From: Azolla caroliniana
Taxonomy: Eukaryota > Plantae > Polypodiophyta
NCBI GenBank assembly: GCA_043228905.1
Contig: JBHGNT010000011.1
Span: forward strand, 3,844,001-3,908,000
Direction: 5' to 3'
DNA length: 64,000 nucleotides
The translations under genes and the position numbers were made by a program. Below, in pieces: positions 12,143 through 25,016 of this stretch. Position 1 is the stretch's first letter. Every line of letters starts with the position of its first letter. The notes under the pieces were generated by a model. The model was given only the letters and a program-made list of their open reading frames with translations. It did no database searches and was not told the origin of the DNA.

Positions 12143-13319
12143 CCATATAATATCCCGTGGTGAGAATTTACCGTAGTATTCTATACACGTGGATAAGTGT
12201 GAGGGTTAAACGAGAGTGTAAAGAAGGGGAGGATTACTTTTAAATCCTCGGGATTGAGACAACCCATTAGGCCAAGTGTGAACATGGCTAGGGGCCTTGG
12301 GTATCGCTATAAATAGAGGCCTAGCTACCCTCATTTCATTATCTTGTTGACTACGTCGAGACTTCCTCTTGTGGTGGGTCAACTCTTGTAGCGAGCGCGC
12401 CAACACCAGGTATGACTCGACGCCACGGCGGTGGTATGGGATGCCGATCGAGGCTCGAGTCCGTCTCGATCCCTTCGCTCGGGGGTGGTCGGGTGGATCG
12501 GCACCCTTCTTTCTCTCTCTCCTTTTCTAATGCTTACTTTAGTACATGTCTCTAATAGTTGCCCTTCAGAGAAAACTCCCATTGGCCGCCGAGGAAAGAA
12601 TGTTGATGCCACTCTTATCGGCGCAAGCAATCGATCGAAGAAAGCCGCCAATATCATTGCCGCCTCTCACTTTGATGAAGTCCCCGATGTTGTCGATCAT
12701 TATGTGGTAATCCCTCGCCCTTTTATTCATGATGATCAACCCCTTGCACCTCCTCCGATCTCTCCTGCACATGAACCCCTTGTATCTCCTCCCATCTCCT
12801 CTGCTCCAAGTACTCCTCTCGTTCAACTACGTTTACATAAGAAACCAACGTTTAAATTTAAAGTTAATAAAAATAAAAGTAAAATGACAATTACATCTTT
12901 AAATCTAACTAACCAACATAAAAGAACCACCCAACCCAAACTAACTAACTACATTCACCCACATCTTGATAGTGGTTTCACACCATCCAACTCTACACAT
13001 TCTGATGACCTCACAGCCTCACAAACACACCTCTCCATCAACCATGTTTTCACCACACTTACATACATTTAACACCTTACCACTCTCTTCATTCATTTTG
13101 TCGACCTCTAATCAACATGCTCTTGAAAGCCCTCAAACCCATCAAATCATTCCGTCATTTCATCTTGAATCACCTGACATCACTAGTGATTTTTCAATGA
13201 ACTCAAAATCACAATCCTCGCAAGACTATCCAAACCCATATGATAATGACTCACCACCTCGCCATACGCACTCCTAGTTCGATATCTATAAGGAACTCGG
13301 CCAATTTGAGGCACACTTT

Positions 13320-14873
13320 GTGGACCTCGATATGGAAGCTCTCATAATTGAAGAAGAGTCAGATACCACAAATGAATTGATAATTACCATTAGAGAAGCA
13401 TTGTCTGGTACCGATGGCCCTAAATGGAGAGTAGCCATGGAAGAAGAGATGAAAGCCTTATTAAAGAACAAAACTTGGAGCCTTGTCGATCCACCACTTG
13501 ATCGACAAATTGTTAGTTGTAAGTGGGTTCTTCGAAAGAAGACCGATGCTAATGGAAATATTATGCGCTTCAAAGCTCGCAGTTTTTTGCAAATACCTGG
13601 AATCGACTTCAAAGATACATTTAGCCCTACATTGCGAAGTATCACATTTCGCATATTTGTCTCTCTCGCCGTCGAACTTGATTTGGAACTCCATCACTTA
13701 GATGTTCAAACCGCTTTTCTTCACGGAGAACTTGAAGAAGAGATCTATATTCAACAACCACCGCATTTTGAAGATTCAACTCGACCAAATGCTGTATGTC
13801 ATCTACATCGATCCTTATACGGTCTGCGACAATCTCCACAAGTTTGGTATCATCGTCTTCATAATTTCCTAACTAACAATGGTTATAAAAGACTAAAGAA
13901 TGAATCAAATGTATACATTAAAAGAGCTAAGAATAATTTCGTCATAATTGGTGTTTATGTCAACGACTTACCTCTACTTGCCAACTCACTACCCTATCTA
14001 CAACTTGCGAAGAAGAAACTTCAACAAGCTTTTCCAATAACTGACCTTGGTCCAATGAAGTATTTCCTTGGAATGAACTTACAAAGAGATCGTGTCAAAG
14101 GAACCATTTCTCTTTCCCAAACTCAATACATTGAGAGTGTATTGAAACGTTTTGACAGGCTACATTGCAAGCCTATCTCTACACCCATGTCAACTCCATG
14201 CAAATTATCAATCGAAGATGCTCCAAGAACTATTAAAGAATGAGATGAAATGCTCAATGTTCCTTACAAGCAAATTCTTGGATGTATATGCTACCTTGTT
14301 AGTTGTACACGTCCTGATTTATGTTTCACTCCTGGAATTCTTTTGAGATTTATGCAGGATCCCGGACCGAAACATTGGCAAGCATTAAAACGACTACTAC
14401 GTTACCTAAAACGAATGAAAGATATGGTGTTAACTTACTCCCGATCGCAATCCGAGTCCATCAACATGAACCTTGAAGGATGGACCAATCCATCACAATT
14501 ATCTGGATGGACCGACTCAGATTGGGGGGGGGGGGGGGGGGGGGATGTTGATGGTCGTAAGTCAACAAGTGGCTTCGTATATTGTCTCGCCGGAGCCGCT
14601 ATAGCATGGAGGTCTAAGAAGCAAATAACAGTCGCATTATCTTCAACGGAAGCCGAATATGTAGCTGCTGCACTCTCTGCTAAAGAAGGAATATGGATTC
14701 ATTCCATACTTGAAGAACTTAACTTGTTTAAGACTTCAAAGCTAATTCTTCACTGTGATAATCAATCGTGTATCAAGTTAGCTTGTAATCCGAAAATGAG
14801 TGATAATATTCGACATGTCTCTTTCAAGCATCACTTTCTACGAGACTTAATCGAAGAGAAGAAGCTAGATTAG
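13320..14873 (+). pseudogene. pol: Copia reverse transcriptase and RNase H (in-frame stops)
   Basis: LDVQTAFLHG, SLYGLRQSP, YVNDL (mutated YVDD), TDSDWG, SSTEAEY and CDNQS motifs. Confidence 0.92.
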
Positions 14874-15964
14874 AAGTATGCGTCCACAACACTAATGTGG
14901 GCCGATTTTCTAACAAAGCCAGTACCTCAAACAAAGCATATCGCTTGTTGCCGAAAGATTAGTCTAACATTGCCAAACTATTCATCGAACAACAATACTT
15001 TTGAATAAAATAATATTTAGCTTAAGGGGGGGTGTGGAAATATTTAATCTAAATATAATATTTATTTATTATTTTAAAAACAACTATTACGAAGAGTTAT
15101 TTATTATTACACTTTAGAGGAAACTCTTCATTTGAAGAGACATAACTTTTTGTCCATCGTCTCTACAAACAAGCCATTTTGGCTAATGTAACACACAATC
15201 AATATAGAACAATTTTGTGTATGTGTGATCTCTCTCTCTCTCTAGCAATCAATCTCTATTTGTATAGTTGCCGATTTCTACACAATCAGCTTGGCGTCCG
15301 ACAGCCAATCGGACAGCCGGTCTGGCAATCGGCAGTCGACCATTGGACCGACTGTCCGGCAACTGGTAGCCAGCTAACCAGACAGACAAAGAGCCAGCCG
15401 GAGAACCGAAGAACCAGCTAGACAAAAGAAGGAAGAGCAATGACAGAGAGGAGAGAATGGGAAAAGGCCTTACAAAGGAAATTTGAAGCTGTAACAAATG
15501 AGCATGTGAAGGAAATGAAGAAAGAAGAAGACAAAATAGGAGGACAAGAAAAAGAAAGAACAAAGACAAACGAAAAGAGGGGTAGAGGAGATTTTTTTTT
15601 AAAAACACAAAAGGGCAGACAATCAAATTTCAAAAAACCGGAGAGCACATGATATAATTTTAGAAGCATGAGGGCAGACAAACAATTTAAAAAACTTGAG
15701 GGAAAAAAAATGAAAATTTCAAAGAACAAAGGGTGCAAAACATAAAACTCACCTCACATGACGAAACCGGAGAATACACATACACACAAGACCATTTCAT
15801 GACCCATGCCGCAATGGACGAGCCGATTGGTGTGTGATCCAATTGAGAGATGTGTTGACCGAACGAGAAGGTTCGAGTCAAACAAAGCTCCGATCGAAGT
15901 TATCGATCGTAGAGCTGTGATCCGGTCGAGGAATTTCCAACCGTTGAGATGACCGATGGAGTAG

Positions 15965-16722
15965 CATATAGAACACTCTAGGACATTCTACAATATAAAG
16001 TAATATAGAATATTCTTATGATATTAGATTACATATTCTAAAAACCATACACATAAATATGTTACTACAATGGTTAAGGATTTGAAATGTGTTAACAAGG
16101 TTGTGGGTTCAAATCCTTTAGAGGAATGATATGAGTGTCATCATGATAGTTTTCGTTTCATTAGTCCAAACAAACACTTGATCTTTCTTGGTAAGAGACA
16201 AACACGATCTTTGAATAATTCCATATGAATTTGCAATAGAAGTTAGCAAATCGGAGGAAACATTGGACATCTCGAATAGAATGTGGGGGTTGCCTTTCCA
16301 ATATTGTTTTGACTTTTGCTGAATCCATGAAGATACCCAAGGATAAAATAGTATAACCCAAGAATTCGACTTATTCGATGTCAAAACTGCACTTCTCAAG
16401 TTTGGCATACAAAGCGTTCAAGTACTTTCCGGACATGTATATCATGTTCCTCCTGTGTTTTCAAGTAAATCAGCAGATCATCTAAATAGATGATGAGAAA
16501 GATATCCAAAAAATCTTGGAAAATGTCATTTGCCATATGTTGGAAAACTATGGGTGCATTTTTGAGCTGGAAAGGCATGATTGTATACTCAAAATGACCA
16601 TATCGAGTGCGAAATGCAATTTTCCGCTCATCTCCCGGTCAAATTCGAACTAGATTATATGCACCCCTTAAATCGATTTTTGTAAAATGCTTTGCCCCAC
16701 CAATACGCTCTAAAAGACTGGA
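15965..16722 (-). mobile_element. Deleted, diverged relative of the Tcn1-like chromovirus (RT fragment plus LTR U3 part)
   Basis: RT fragment (VFQHMANDIFQDFLDIFLIIYLDDLLIY) closely matches 26852-28591; 15965-16146 resembles LTR 24780-24979. Confidence 0.8.
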
Positions 16723-17091
16723 CCACCCAACCAAGAACATCTAGTCAGCCGACTCAGGAAGAGTCTTTACGGCCTGAAATCGGCACCACGTTAGTGGTCT
16801 AAGAAGTTCGATGACTTCATTCAGTCAGCCGACTTCTCGAAGAGCGATGATGACCACTGTCTCTTCACGAAAACAACTCGAGATGGGTCACCCATCTTCC
16901 TCATCATCTACGTGGACGACATGCTAATTTCTGGTCAGCAAGCCGGAGAGTTTGCCGAACTCGTTCGGCAAATGCGGTTGAAGTTTGCCATGAAGGACCT
17001 CGGTCCGCCAAGACACATTCTCGCCATGAAGATTAGTCGGAATCGAAATCGAAGTCAATTGTTTCTATCCCAATTCAACTATATTAAACGT

Positions 17092-20000
17092 TAAAAGGAA
17101 ACGAGGGATGATTTTCAGGGAGCAGCTATTGACGGATGATATTCAACAAATAGAGAGTAGAGACACAAATTTTTGGGTGTACCCAATCGCCTTGATTGGT
17201 ACACAAGAAAAAAGGTTATTATATTAGTTAACCCTACAAAGAAAGAGGTGTGTTCACATTGCAAAAAAGGGGGTGTCTTATCCAAGTGAACAATGTGTTC
17301 ACATATACGAATAATTACCTAATTTGTGAACTACGGGCCTTTACACCTAACAACCTCCCACTTAAAGGTCCGATGTGAACATTCAAGTAACTCCCACTAA
17401 CTATATGCAATGCTCATGTTGAGCTTTGCCAAGACTTTTAGTGAGAATATTTGCAGGATTATCCTATGTTTTGATCTTGGTCAATGTGACTAGACCATCC
17501 TCCAAAACTTATCTGATAAAGTGATGTTGCACATCAATGTGTTTGGTATGCGAATGAAACATGACATTCTTAGCTAGATACACAACACTCTGGCTATCAC
17601 ATCCTAACACAGGAGTACTAACAGTCATGTCAAGATCTTCAGCAAGTCTGCTTAGCCATATAACTTCCTTTGAAGCTTCTGTAGTTGAAATATATTCAGC
17701 TTCAGTAGTACTCAGTGCTACAACCTTTTGCAATTTGGAGCACCAAGACACTACTCCACCAACAACTGTAAATATATACCCGCTAGTAGATTTACATGTA
17801 TCCAAGTCACCTGCCATGTCTGCATCACAATATCCCTACAAACTTAATGCATCCTTCCCATAGCATAAACATTTTCTCTGTGTACCTTTAAGATACCTAA
17901 AAAGACACTTGACAACCTCCCAATGTGCTTTGCCAGGATTAGACATATAGCGACTGACAACTCCCACTGCATAAGCAATATCTGGACGAGTATCTACCAT
18001 AGCATACATTAGAGAACCACATGTTGATGCATAAGGAATTCCCTTCATAGCATTGACTTCCATCTCATCCTTTGGACAATCAGCCTTGCTAAGTTTAAGA
18101 TATGACGACAAAGGAACTCCAAGGGACTTTGCTCCTACCATGTTAAATCTGTTAGGCACTTTTTCAATGTACTTTTCTTGTGACAAAAACAACAATTTGT
18201 CCTTTCTGTTTCTACTTATTCTCATGCCCAAAATATGCTTTGCATTTCCCAAATCTTTCATAGAGAAGACCCATTTCAGTTGATCTTTTAGAGCATCAAG
18301 ACTATTCTTTCTTTTCCCAGCTAACAACATATCATCCACATATAGAACAAGTATGATGGGACTATCATTTGTGTATAAACAATGATCTGCATAGCTACGA
18401 TCAAAGCCTTGAGAAAGGATAAAAGTATCAAACTTCTTATACCACTGTCGTGGTGCTTGTTTTAGGCCATACAAGCTAGTTTGCATACCAAATGCTCATT
18501 GTTAGGGACTACAAAACCCTCAAGTTGTTTCATGTAGATCGCTTCATCAATATCACCATGCAAAAAAGCGATCTTTACATCCATTTGGTACAACTCCAAA
18601 TTAAGCATTGTAGTGAGAGCAAATAGCACACGACGTGTGGTCATCTTCACAATAGGAGAGAAGACCTCTTGGAAGTCGATACCTTCCTTCTGTGCATAAC
18701 CCTTGGCAACTAACCTTGCCTTGTATTTTGGTTTCCCTTCAATTTCCTTTACCTTATAAACCCACTTATTTGGAAGAGCTTTCCTTCCTTCAAGTAAGGA
18801 CACAAGATCCCAAGTATCATTTGCATACAAAGATTTTATTTCTTCTTGCATTGCAAGCTCCCACTTACTGCTAAGTTCACATGACATTGCCTCCTTATAA
18901 GTAAGAGGTTCACCCTCATCTAACAACATGACATAATGCAAAGAGGGGTTATATCTATATACTTGCCTCCTTAAACAATTAGACCTACATACCCAATGAT
19001 CAATATTTTCTAGGATTGGTTCTAAATCTGGAGGAAAATCAGTTTCAACACTTTCTACTTGTTGCAAACCATGTCTAGCATGGTTTTCAACATCTATATT
19101 TTGGTCTTCAGTACCTTCATCTCGTTGGCCAATACCTTCATGATCCTCTCTTTGTTGTCCAACTTCTTCTGGCTCAAAGATAACTGGTCGATCATCATAT
19201 TCAACCTTTGGTATATCATCATGAAGTTTATTTTCTAATTTTGTGGATGGTTGTACTTGCTGAAATGTAATGCACTTAGAGTTCCCAACAGAGAAACAAG
19301 CATTTTTCAGCAATTTTTCTTCATTAAAAAAAACATCTCAGCTACATACAATTTTTCTGGACTGAGGTAACCAAATCCTATAGCCCATTTCACCTTCATC
19401 ACCATAGCCCATAAAAATGCTCATGATGGACTTAGCATCAAGCTTGTTTCTCAGCTCACCCCCATTATATGTTCTAAGATATTTCAATTTTGTCCCTTTT
19501 TGGGTAGTTACAAATGCATGAAAAGATTTAAATGCTGACGGGAACTGGACGTTCCTTATGCGCAAGGCTTGGCCACAACCGAGCTTAGAATGATACACAG
19601 AAAACAGGAAATAGAACACGACACAAAGAAGAGGAAGATACACATGAGGTTTACGTGGAAAACCCCAAACTAGGGGAAAAACACGGCAGCCCACAGGCTG
19701 CAAACTGTCACTATGTAAGAATGTACAAAACAGTGAGTTCACGGAGGCAACGACCTCGGACTCACGATCTTCGCCACAGGCGGCGGTTACAACAGAGACA
19801 ACGACCTCTTTCTCTCTCTCTCTGTACAACGTTACGTACTCTCTCTTCTTCTTGCACCAACAAGAAAATGACAACAACACCACTTGATCTTAGTTTGCCC
19901 TAAGTCATATTTATACTAATATGACTTTTTGGCTATTTACAAATATAGCCTCGATGGACTATCTGAAAACATATTTACGAATATGTCTCTTCATCCGGTT

Positions 20001-22292
20001 CTCCGTAGCCGGGTACTCCTCATCCGGTCTTCACCGGGTCTGCATCATCCGGCTCTCCGTAGCCGAGTACTCCTCATCCGGTCTTCACCGGGTCTGCACC
20101 ATCTGGCTCTCCGTAGCCGGGTCCACCTCATACGGTTTCGGCCGAGGCCTATCGGCCTCGGCCGAGATTGTTCATCGGCACTGTTCTTCTCCCTTCCCAT
20201 CTGGAGGGACCTGTCTCCCAACAAATGCATCACCCTTTTTCTTCAAGTACACCCAAATCTTCCTAGAATAATCATTGATAAAGGAAATAAAATATGCAGC
20301 ACCACTCAAAGATTTTACAAGCATGCTACATACATCAGAATGCACCAAATCTAGCGCATTTGGTTTATGAGAGATACCAGAATAATAAGAATTTCTCACT
20401 TGTTTGCCAAATAGACAATCATTACAAAAAACTAGCTTTGATCCTTTAACATCAAATCTTTTTAGAGCAAAAAGGACTTCAAGTCCTTTTTGGCTCATAT
20501 GTCCTAATCTCTTATGCCAAAGCTCTAAACGATATTCAAATTCAAAAATAGCAAGAAACCTTCCAGGTAAAGCTTTACATTGCAAACAATAGAGAGTGCC
20601 CTTTTTGCAACCTTTCACAATAACCATAAATCCTTTTTTTAGTTTCCACAATCCACCATCGAATAATGTGGTGTAACCATGCAAATCCATTTGTCCTATA
20701 GATAGCAAATTTTTCTTTATGCCAGGTATAGACCTAACATCTTTGAGCCTGAGCTCTTGACCATTATCCAAAGACAAGTGTATGGTTCCAATACCATCAA
20801 TATTGCAAGCACTATTGTTACCAAGATAAACTTTTTCATAACTACCTACATCATATGTGGTAAAGCACTCCAAACATGGAGTAACATGAAAATAATCCCT
20901 AGATAGAGTCTACCATCCATGTCTGTGTCAATCCATCATCAATTGACAATAAAGCATCAATAATATCTGTTTTGGTTATTTGCATGTCTTGAACATGAGC
21001 TATGAAGGTATCACCTATAATACAAAGTACATCACCATCTTCACCAGATAGGTCTTCGATGATAACATTTGAAGCCATACTAGGTTTCTCTGTTGTATTA
21101 AATTTATCATCTTTATTTTTCTTCTCTCCTACATTCTTCTTCCTTCCTACTTATGACCTTTACAGCCACACTGATAGCATGTGATATCTTGTTGCTTTTT
21201 GTTCCCTCTACTCTCACTTCTATTTCTTTGTCCTACATTTGGGTTCTTGTTATAATATCTCCCCCTAATATTGTATGCTGAACCACTACCTTCTCCGCTA
21301 GATTGTCTTCTGATCTCTTCATTGAGAATAGTGCCCCACACACCATTGAAGGTCAAGTTGGGTCTATTAGATAGTGAAACAGCTAATGTTTCCCAAGAAT
21401 CGCGTAAAGTCATAAGTAGGAAGATAACTTTGAGCTTGTCATCAAAAGCTGGTAATCTTGAATCTTGTAGTTGGGAGAGAGTACTTGTGAATAACAATAG
21501 ATGCTTTGTTGCATCTTTCAACTCATCAAGCCTCATACTGACAAGTTTTCTCATCAAATGCCCTTGATTCATAGGAGTAGTATTCTCGTAAGTTGTCTTA
21601 AGTTTCTCCCAAACTCGATGGGTAGTAGTCAAGCCCTTTATATCTACAAGAATCTCATAAAAAACAACCATTTTAATATATGTAATGTTTTCTTATTCAG
21701 AGTGTTCCAAGCATCATTTTCCATGCTCTCTGGTTTCTTTTCCACGAGAGCATCTTCACAATCTCTCAAAAAGAGCATATGCCCAACATATGCTCTTTCC
21801 ACAATTTGAAACCTTTTCCATCAAATCTCTTGATTTCAAAGAGGTTTTTCACTTCAACTGAAGTGGTGGCCATTGCTCCCAAGATTTATGACAAATTTCT
21901 TCGGAAATTGAGAAAAATACCAATAGGAAAGGGTCTGAAAGAATTGAAAAAAAAACTGTGTTTTCTGTTGATTCTGAATAATAATTAAAAACAGCAAAGT
22001 AGAGGAAAACGATTTGGCTTTGATACCAGTTAAAAGGAAAAGAGAGATGATTTTCAGGGAGTAGCTATTGAGGGATGATGTTAAGCAAACAGAGAGTAGA
22101 GACACAGGTTTTTGGGTTTACCCAACCACCTTGATTGGTACACAAGAAAAAAGGTTATTATATTAGTTAACTCTACAAAGAAAGAGGTGTGTTCACATTA
22201 CAGAAAAAGGAGGTGTCCTGTCCAAGTGAAAAATGTGTTCACATATACGAATAATTACCTGATTTGTGAACTACAGGCCTTTACACCTAACA
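17092..22292 (-). mobile_element. Two-LTR Copia element (LTRs 17092-17352, 22031-22292), degenerate, integrase core partly deleted
   Basis: About 261-bp direct repeats; PBS TGGTATCAAAGCC at 22016-22028; PPT at 17353-17365; gag/PR/INT/RT/RH ORF fragments; TSD AACGT/AACAT. Confidence 0.9.
19536..20223 (-). mobile_element. Solo LTR with about three 54-bp tandem units
   Basis: TG...CA termini, exact TSD AATGC; homologous to 55599-56413. Confidence 0.92.
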
Positions 22293-24757
22293 AACATGTC
22301 CTCAAATGCTTCAACATGCAATCAACAAAATCTGCTTCGACCCCGCTCCCCATTAGCCTTCGACTGTCTCACTGAGACTGCCCGATATTCGGTTCGGATG
22401 GGGAAACTATGAAGTTGGTACCATATGCAACTCAGTCGGCTCCCTGATGTACGCCATGGTCGCAACACGGCCTGACATTGCTCACGTCGTAGGAGTCGTC
22501 AACAGATTCGTGCACAACCCTAGTCGATTGCATTGGAACGCAATACAACATGTGTTCAAATATCTGGTGGGCACAAAAGACCTTGGCATTCTATTCGGTC
22601 TGAACGACACTTCAACTGTAGTCGGCTACACCGACTCGAACTTTTTCGGTTGTGTGGACAATCGAAAATCAACAATTGGATACTGCTTTAAGTTTGACAA
22701 TGGAGCAATCTTGTGTAAATCAAAACTTCAGGAGTGCACTGTCACATCAACGACCGAGGCCGAATACGTAATTGCGTTCGATGCGGCGAAAGAGGCCTTC
22801 TGGCTCGGTCGGTTGGCTTGCACGTTTCGATAAGTCGAATCCGACTCGGCTCCAGTTGTCTATAGTGATAGTCAGGGTGTTATCACTCTATCGAGAAATT
22901 TGGTTCATTACAATGCCATGAAGCACATCGACGTTCAATATCACTTAGTTCGGACCTACGTCATTTCACGGAAAATCGGCCTCGAGAAGATATCTACAGT
23001 CGATAATGTCACAGATGGGATGACCAAGCGTCTTTCAGCGGATTGATTCCGATCCCTTTGGCACGAGATGGGCGTAACAAAGAATCAGTCTGATTAAGTC
23101 GAACATTTAGGATGTTCCCAAATAATAAACTTCTACAGTTCGAAGTTCGGCTTTTGCTTTCCCAACCTCAACTAGTTCAGCATTTAGTTTTTCGAAGTTC
23201 ACTAACTCGAACGAAAATTTGATTTGTTCGAAAACTTTGTATCAATCTATATTGTACATTTATTTTGATTTACAGAATTTCGATGTATACACCCATTACG
23301 AGGGAGTGTTGAATGCGGGCCTCTAATGAACGTATTCACATTGTCTCCTTCTATACACACTCGGTTTAGGCTATTTATGTAAATAGTTAGAAGGGCAGTT
23401 GCCCTAAGTCAGTCAGTACATAAACTGACTTTGTAACCTAGTTTTGCGTGTGGTTGTTGAAACATAGTTCATCTTGTTCCTAATTGGCTCTAGCTTGCGT
23501 TCTTGTTGTGTCTTGTCTCTCTGTTTGTGTTTTTGATGCCATCAATCTACCTTGCCTACATCCAGTTATGATCCTCACCTTTGGAGAGTGTTGATTTGTT
23601 CCGCACAAGACGGCCACGTCTTCAACAATGGCCTCATCCGAAGAAGCGTACCGGCGCACCACTCCGGGTAGTGACAGAGGAGGATCAGTCGGTGCTGATG
23701 TCGGAGTTCCACGAGAGTCCCTGGTCCGGACATGGGGGAACATGGGCCACATTTGAGAGGCTAAAAGAGCGGTATTGGTGGCCCGGAATGTACAAGGACG
23801 TATACCCCTTCGTTTCGACATGCGAGAGTTGCCAAGTACATTCCGGATTCCGACACCACCACGAGTTGCACCCGACCTACCCGCCAACCATTCATTTCAA
23901 GTGGATGGTCGACTTAATGACGATGCCAATGGGGGTAGGGCAAATGAGGTACATGGTGCTTGCGAGAGAAGATTTGATGAACTAGGTGGAGGGTCGGGCC
24001 ACGAACAAGAAGACCGCGGCCGTATGCCGGTTCCTAATCGAGGATGTGATTTGTTGGTACGAATGTGTCGAGAAGATTGTAGTTGATCGAGGTGAGCTGG
24101 ACGCGCAGGAAGCTGAGGAGTTGTTCGACCGACTAGGGGTTAAACTCTCCCTCACGGCAACATACAATCTGGAGGCAAACAGAAAGGTCAAAAGAGGGCA
24201 AGGACCGATTGTCAGTGGAATAGTGCGGGAATGCGACAGACGAGTCAGGAACTAGCTGAGGCTTTTTCCATATGCGTTGTGGGTTGACCGGACTACGCAC
24301 CATAGTTGTTAAAAACATGTTGTCGTGAAGATTTTCGTCCATGACCAGAAACCCGAGCAACGAGAGCCAAAGAGCGATTTGCAACGTTGCACACGTACAT
24401 AATGTATTTGTAATAATAATAGGGGTAAAGGGTATGGTGCTAGAAATGCCCCATAAGATCCCTAAGGTATAAAGGCGATGTGGTCTTGTGCGCACATCCA
24501 CGCGCGAGAGAGAGAGAGGTACTATGCGGTACATAGGTACCTAGTCGTTTGTGAGGAGGTGGGAGTTAAGTGTCAGAACCAAGGATAAAAGATAGAGTGA
24601 TGGAAGAAGGATAGAGAAGAATGTATGTATAAGATAGAGAAAGAAAGAGAATGGATACAAGATATGTAATGAGAGCTAAAGACTGGTGTTGATTCGAATT
24701 GATTTGAGAATACATGTATGCGCTTATTTACAGGTTCCTATAGAATAGCTTAGAGAT

Positions 24758-24822
24758 TTCTAGAATGTTCTAGAATGTTCTAGACCTAGAATGCTCTAGG
24801 ACATTCTAGAACATTCTAGAAT
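24758..24822. promoter_or_regulatory. Heat-shock-element arrays (nTTCnnGAAn) in the chromovirus LTR; also at 29381-29443 and 29703-29725
   Basis: TTCTAGAATGTTCTAGAATGTTC gives five alternating units; a second cluster is TTCTAGAACATTCTAGAA; both lie about 25-90 bp upstream of TATAAATA (intact at 29470). Confidence 0.7.
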
Positions 24823-24888
24823 AATCTAGAGTTTTTACAATAATCAATGTAATACAAGAAGTAGCTTTTATTGTTTCATATAACAATA

Positions 24889-24957
24889 AGCTATCTTAAT
24901 GGTTGAGGTTTTCAAGTATGAATTACAAGGTTCGAGGTTCAAGTCCGAGTGACGCCA
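24889..24957 (+). promoter_or_regulatory. tRNA-like Pol III A/B-box cassette, antisense in LTR U3; also at 29245-29313 and about 16062-16120
   Basis: A-like box TATCTTAATGGTTGAG; perfect B box GGTTCAAGTCC at 24936-24946; ends ...GACGCCA. Confidence 0.6.
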
Positions 24958-25016
24958 TAATGGTCATGTGTTCATGACACTATCCCTCCTTCGAGAACGC
25001 CGAGTGGAAGTCGGCG

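Larger units (their letters stand above)
5234..12557 (+). mobile_element. Ty3/Gypsy chromovirus with two LTRs (5234-5689, 12129-12557); protease/RT region lost
   Basis: Near-identical LTRs with a 27-bp indel; PBS-like TGGTGTCCGAGC at 5692; gag 7446-8131; integrase C-terminus with GPF and chromodomain (11381-12142); PPT AAAGAGGGGGAG; flanks ACCGC/GTTGC (decayed TSD). Confidence 0.9.
2431..15282 (+). mobile_element. Ty1/Copia element lacking its 5' LTR, interrupted by a chromovirus at 5234-12557
   Basis: Gag with CCHC (CNICKRPGHAPQEC), protease (WYLDTGATNH), integrase (4053-4750), RT (13320-14243), RNase H (14250-14873), PPT AAGGGGGGG, and 3' LTR 15033-15282 (TGTGGAAA...TTTCTACA). Confidence 0.92.
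16723..23607 (+). mobile_element. Copia 3' half (RT, RNase H, PPT, 3' LTR from 23307), interrupted at 17092-22292
   Basis: SLYGLK and YVDDML (16760-17090) resume at 22293 with ATRPDIAH, YTDS and STTEAEY; GAGGGAG then TGTTG at 23307. The LTR right end is approximate. Confidence 0.8.

Noticed and set aside
15283-15960. Unassigned segment with Lys/Glu-rich short ORFs
   Set aside because: No recognisable domain or boundaries; probably a retroelement UTR.
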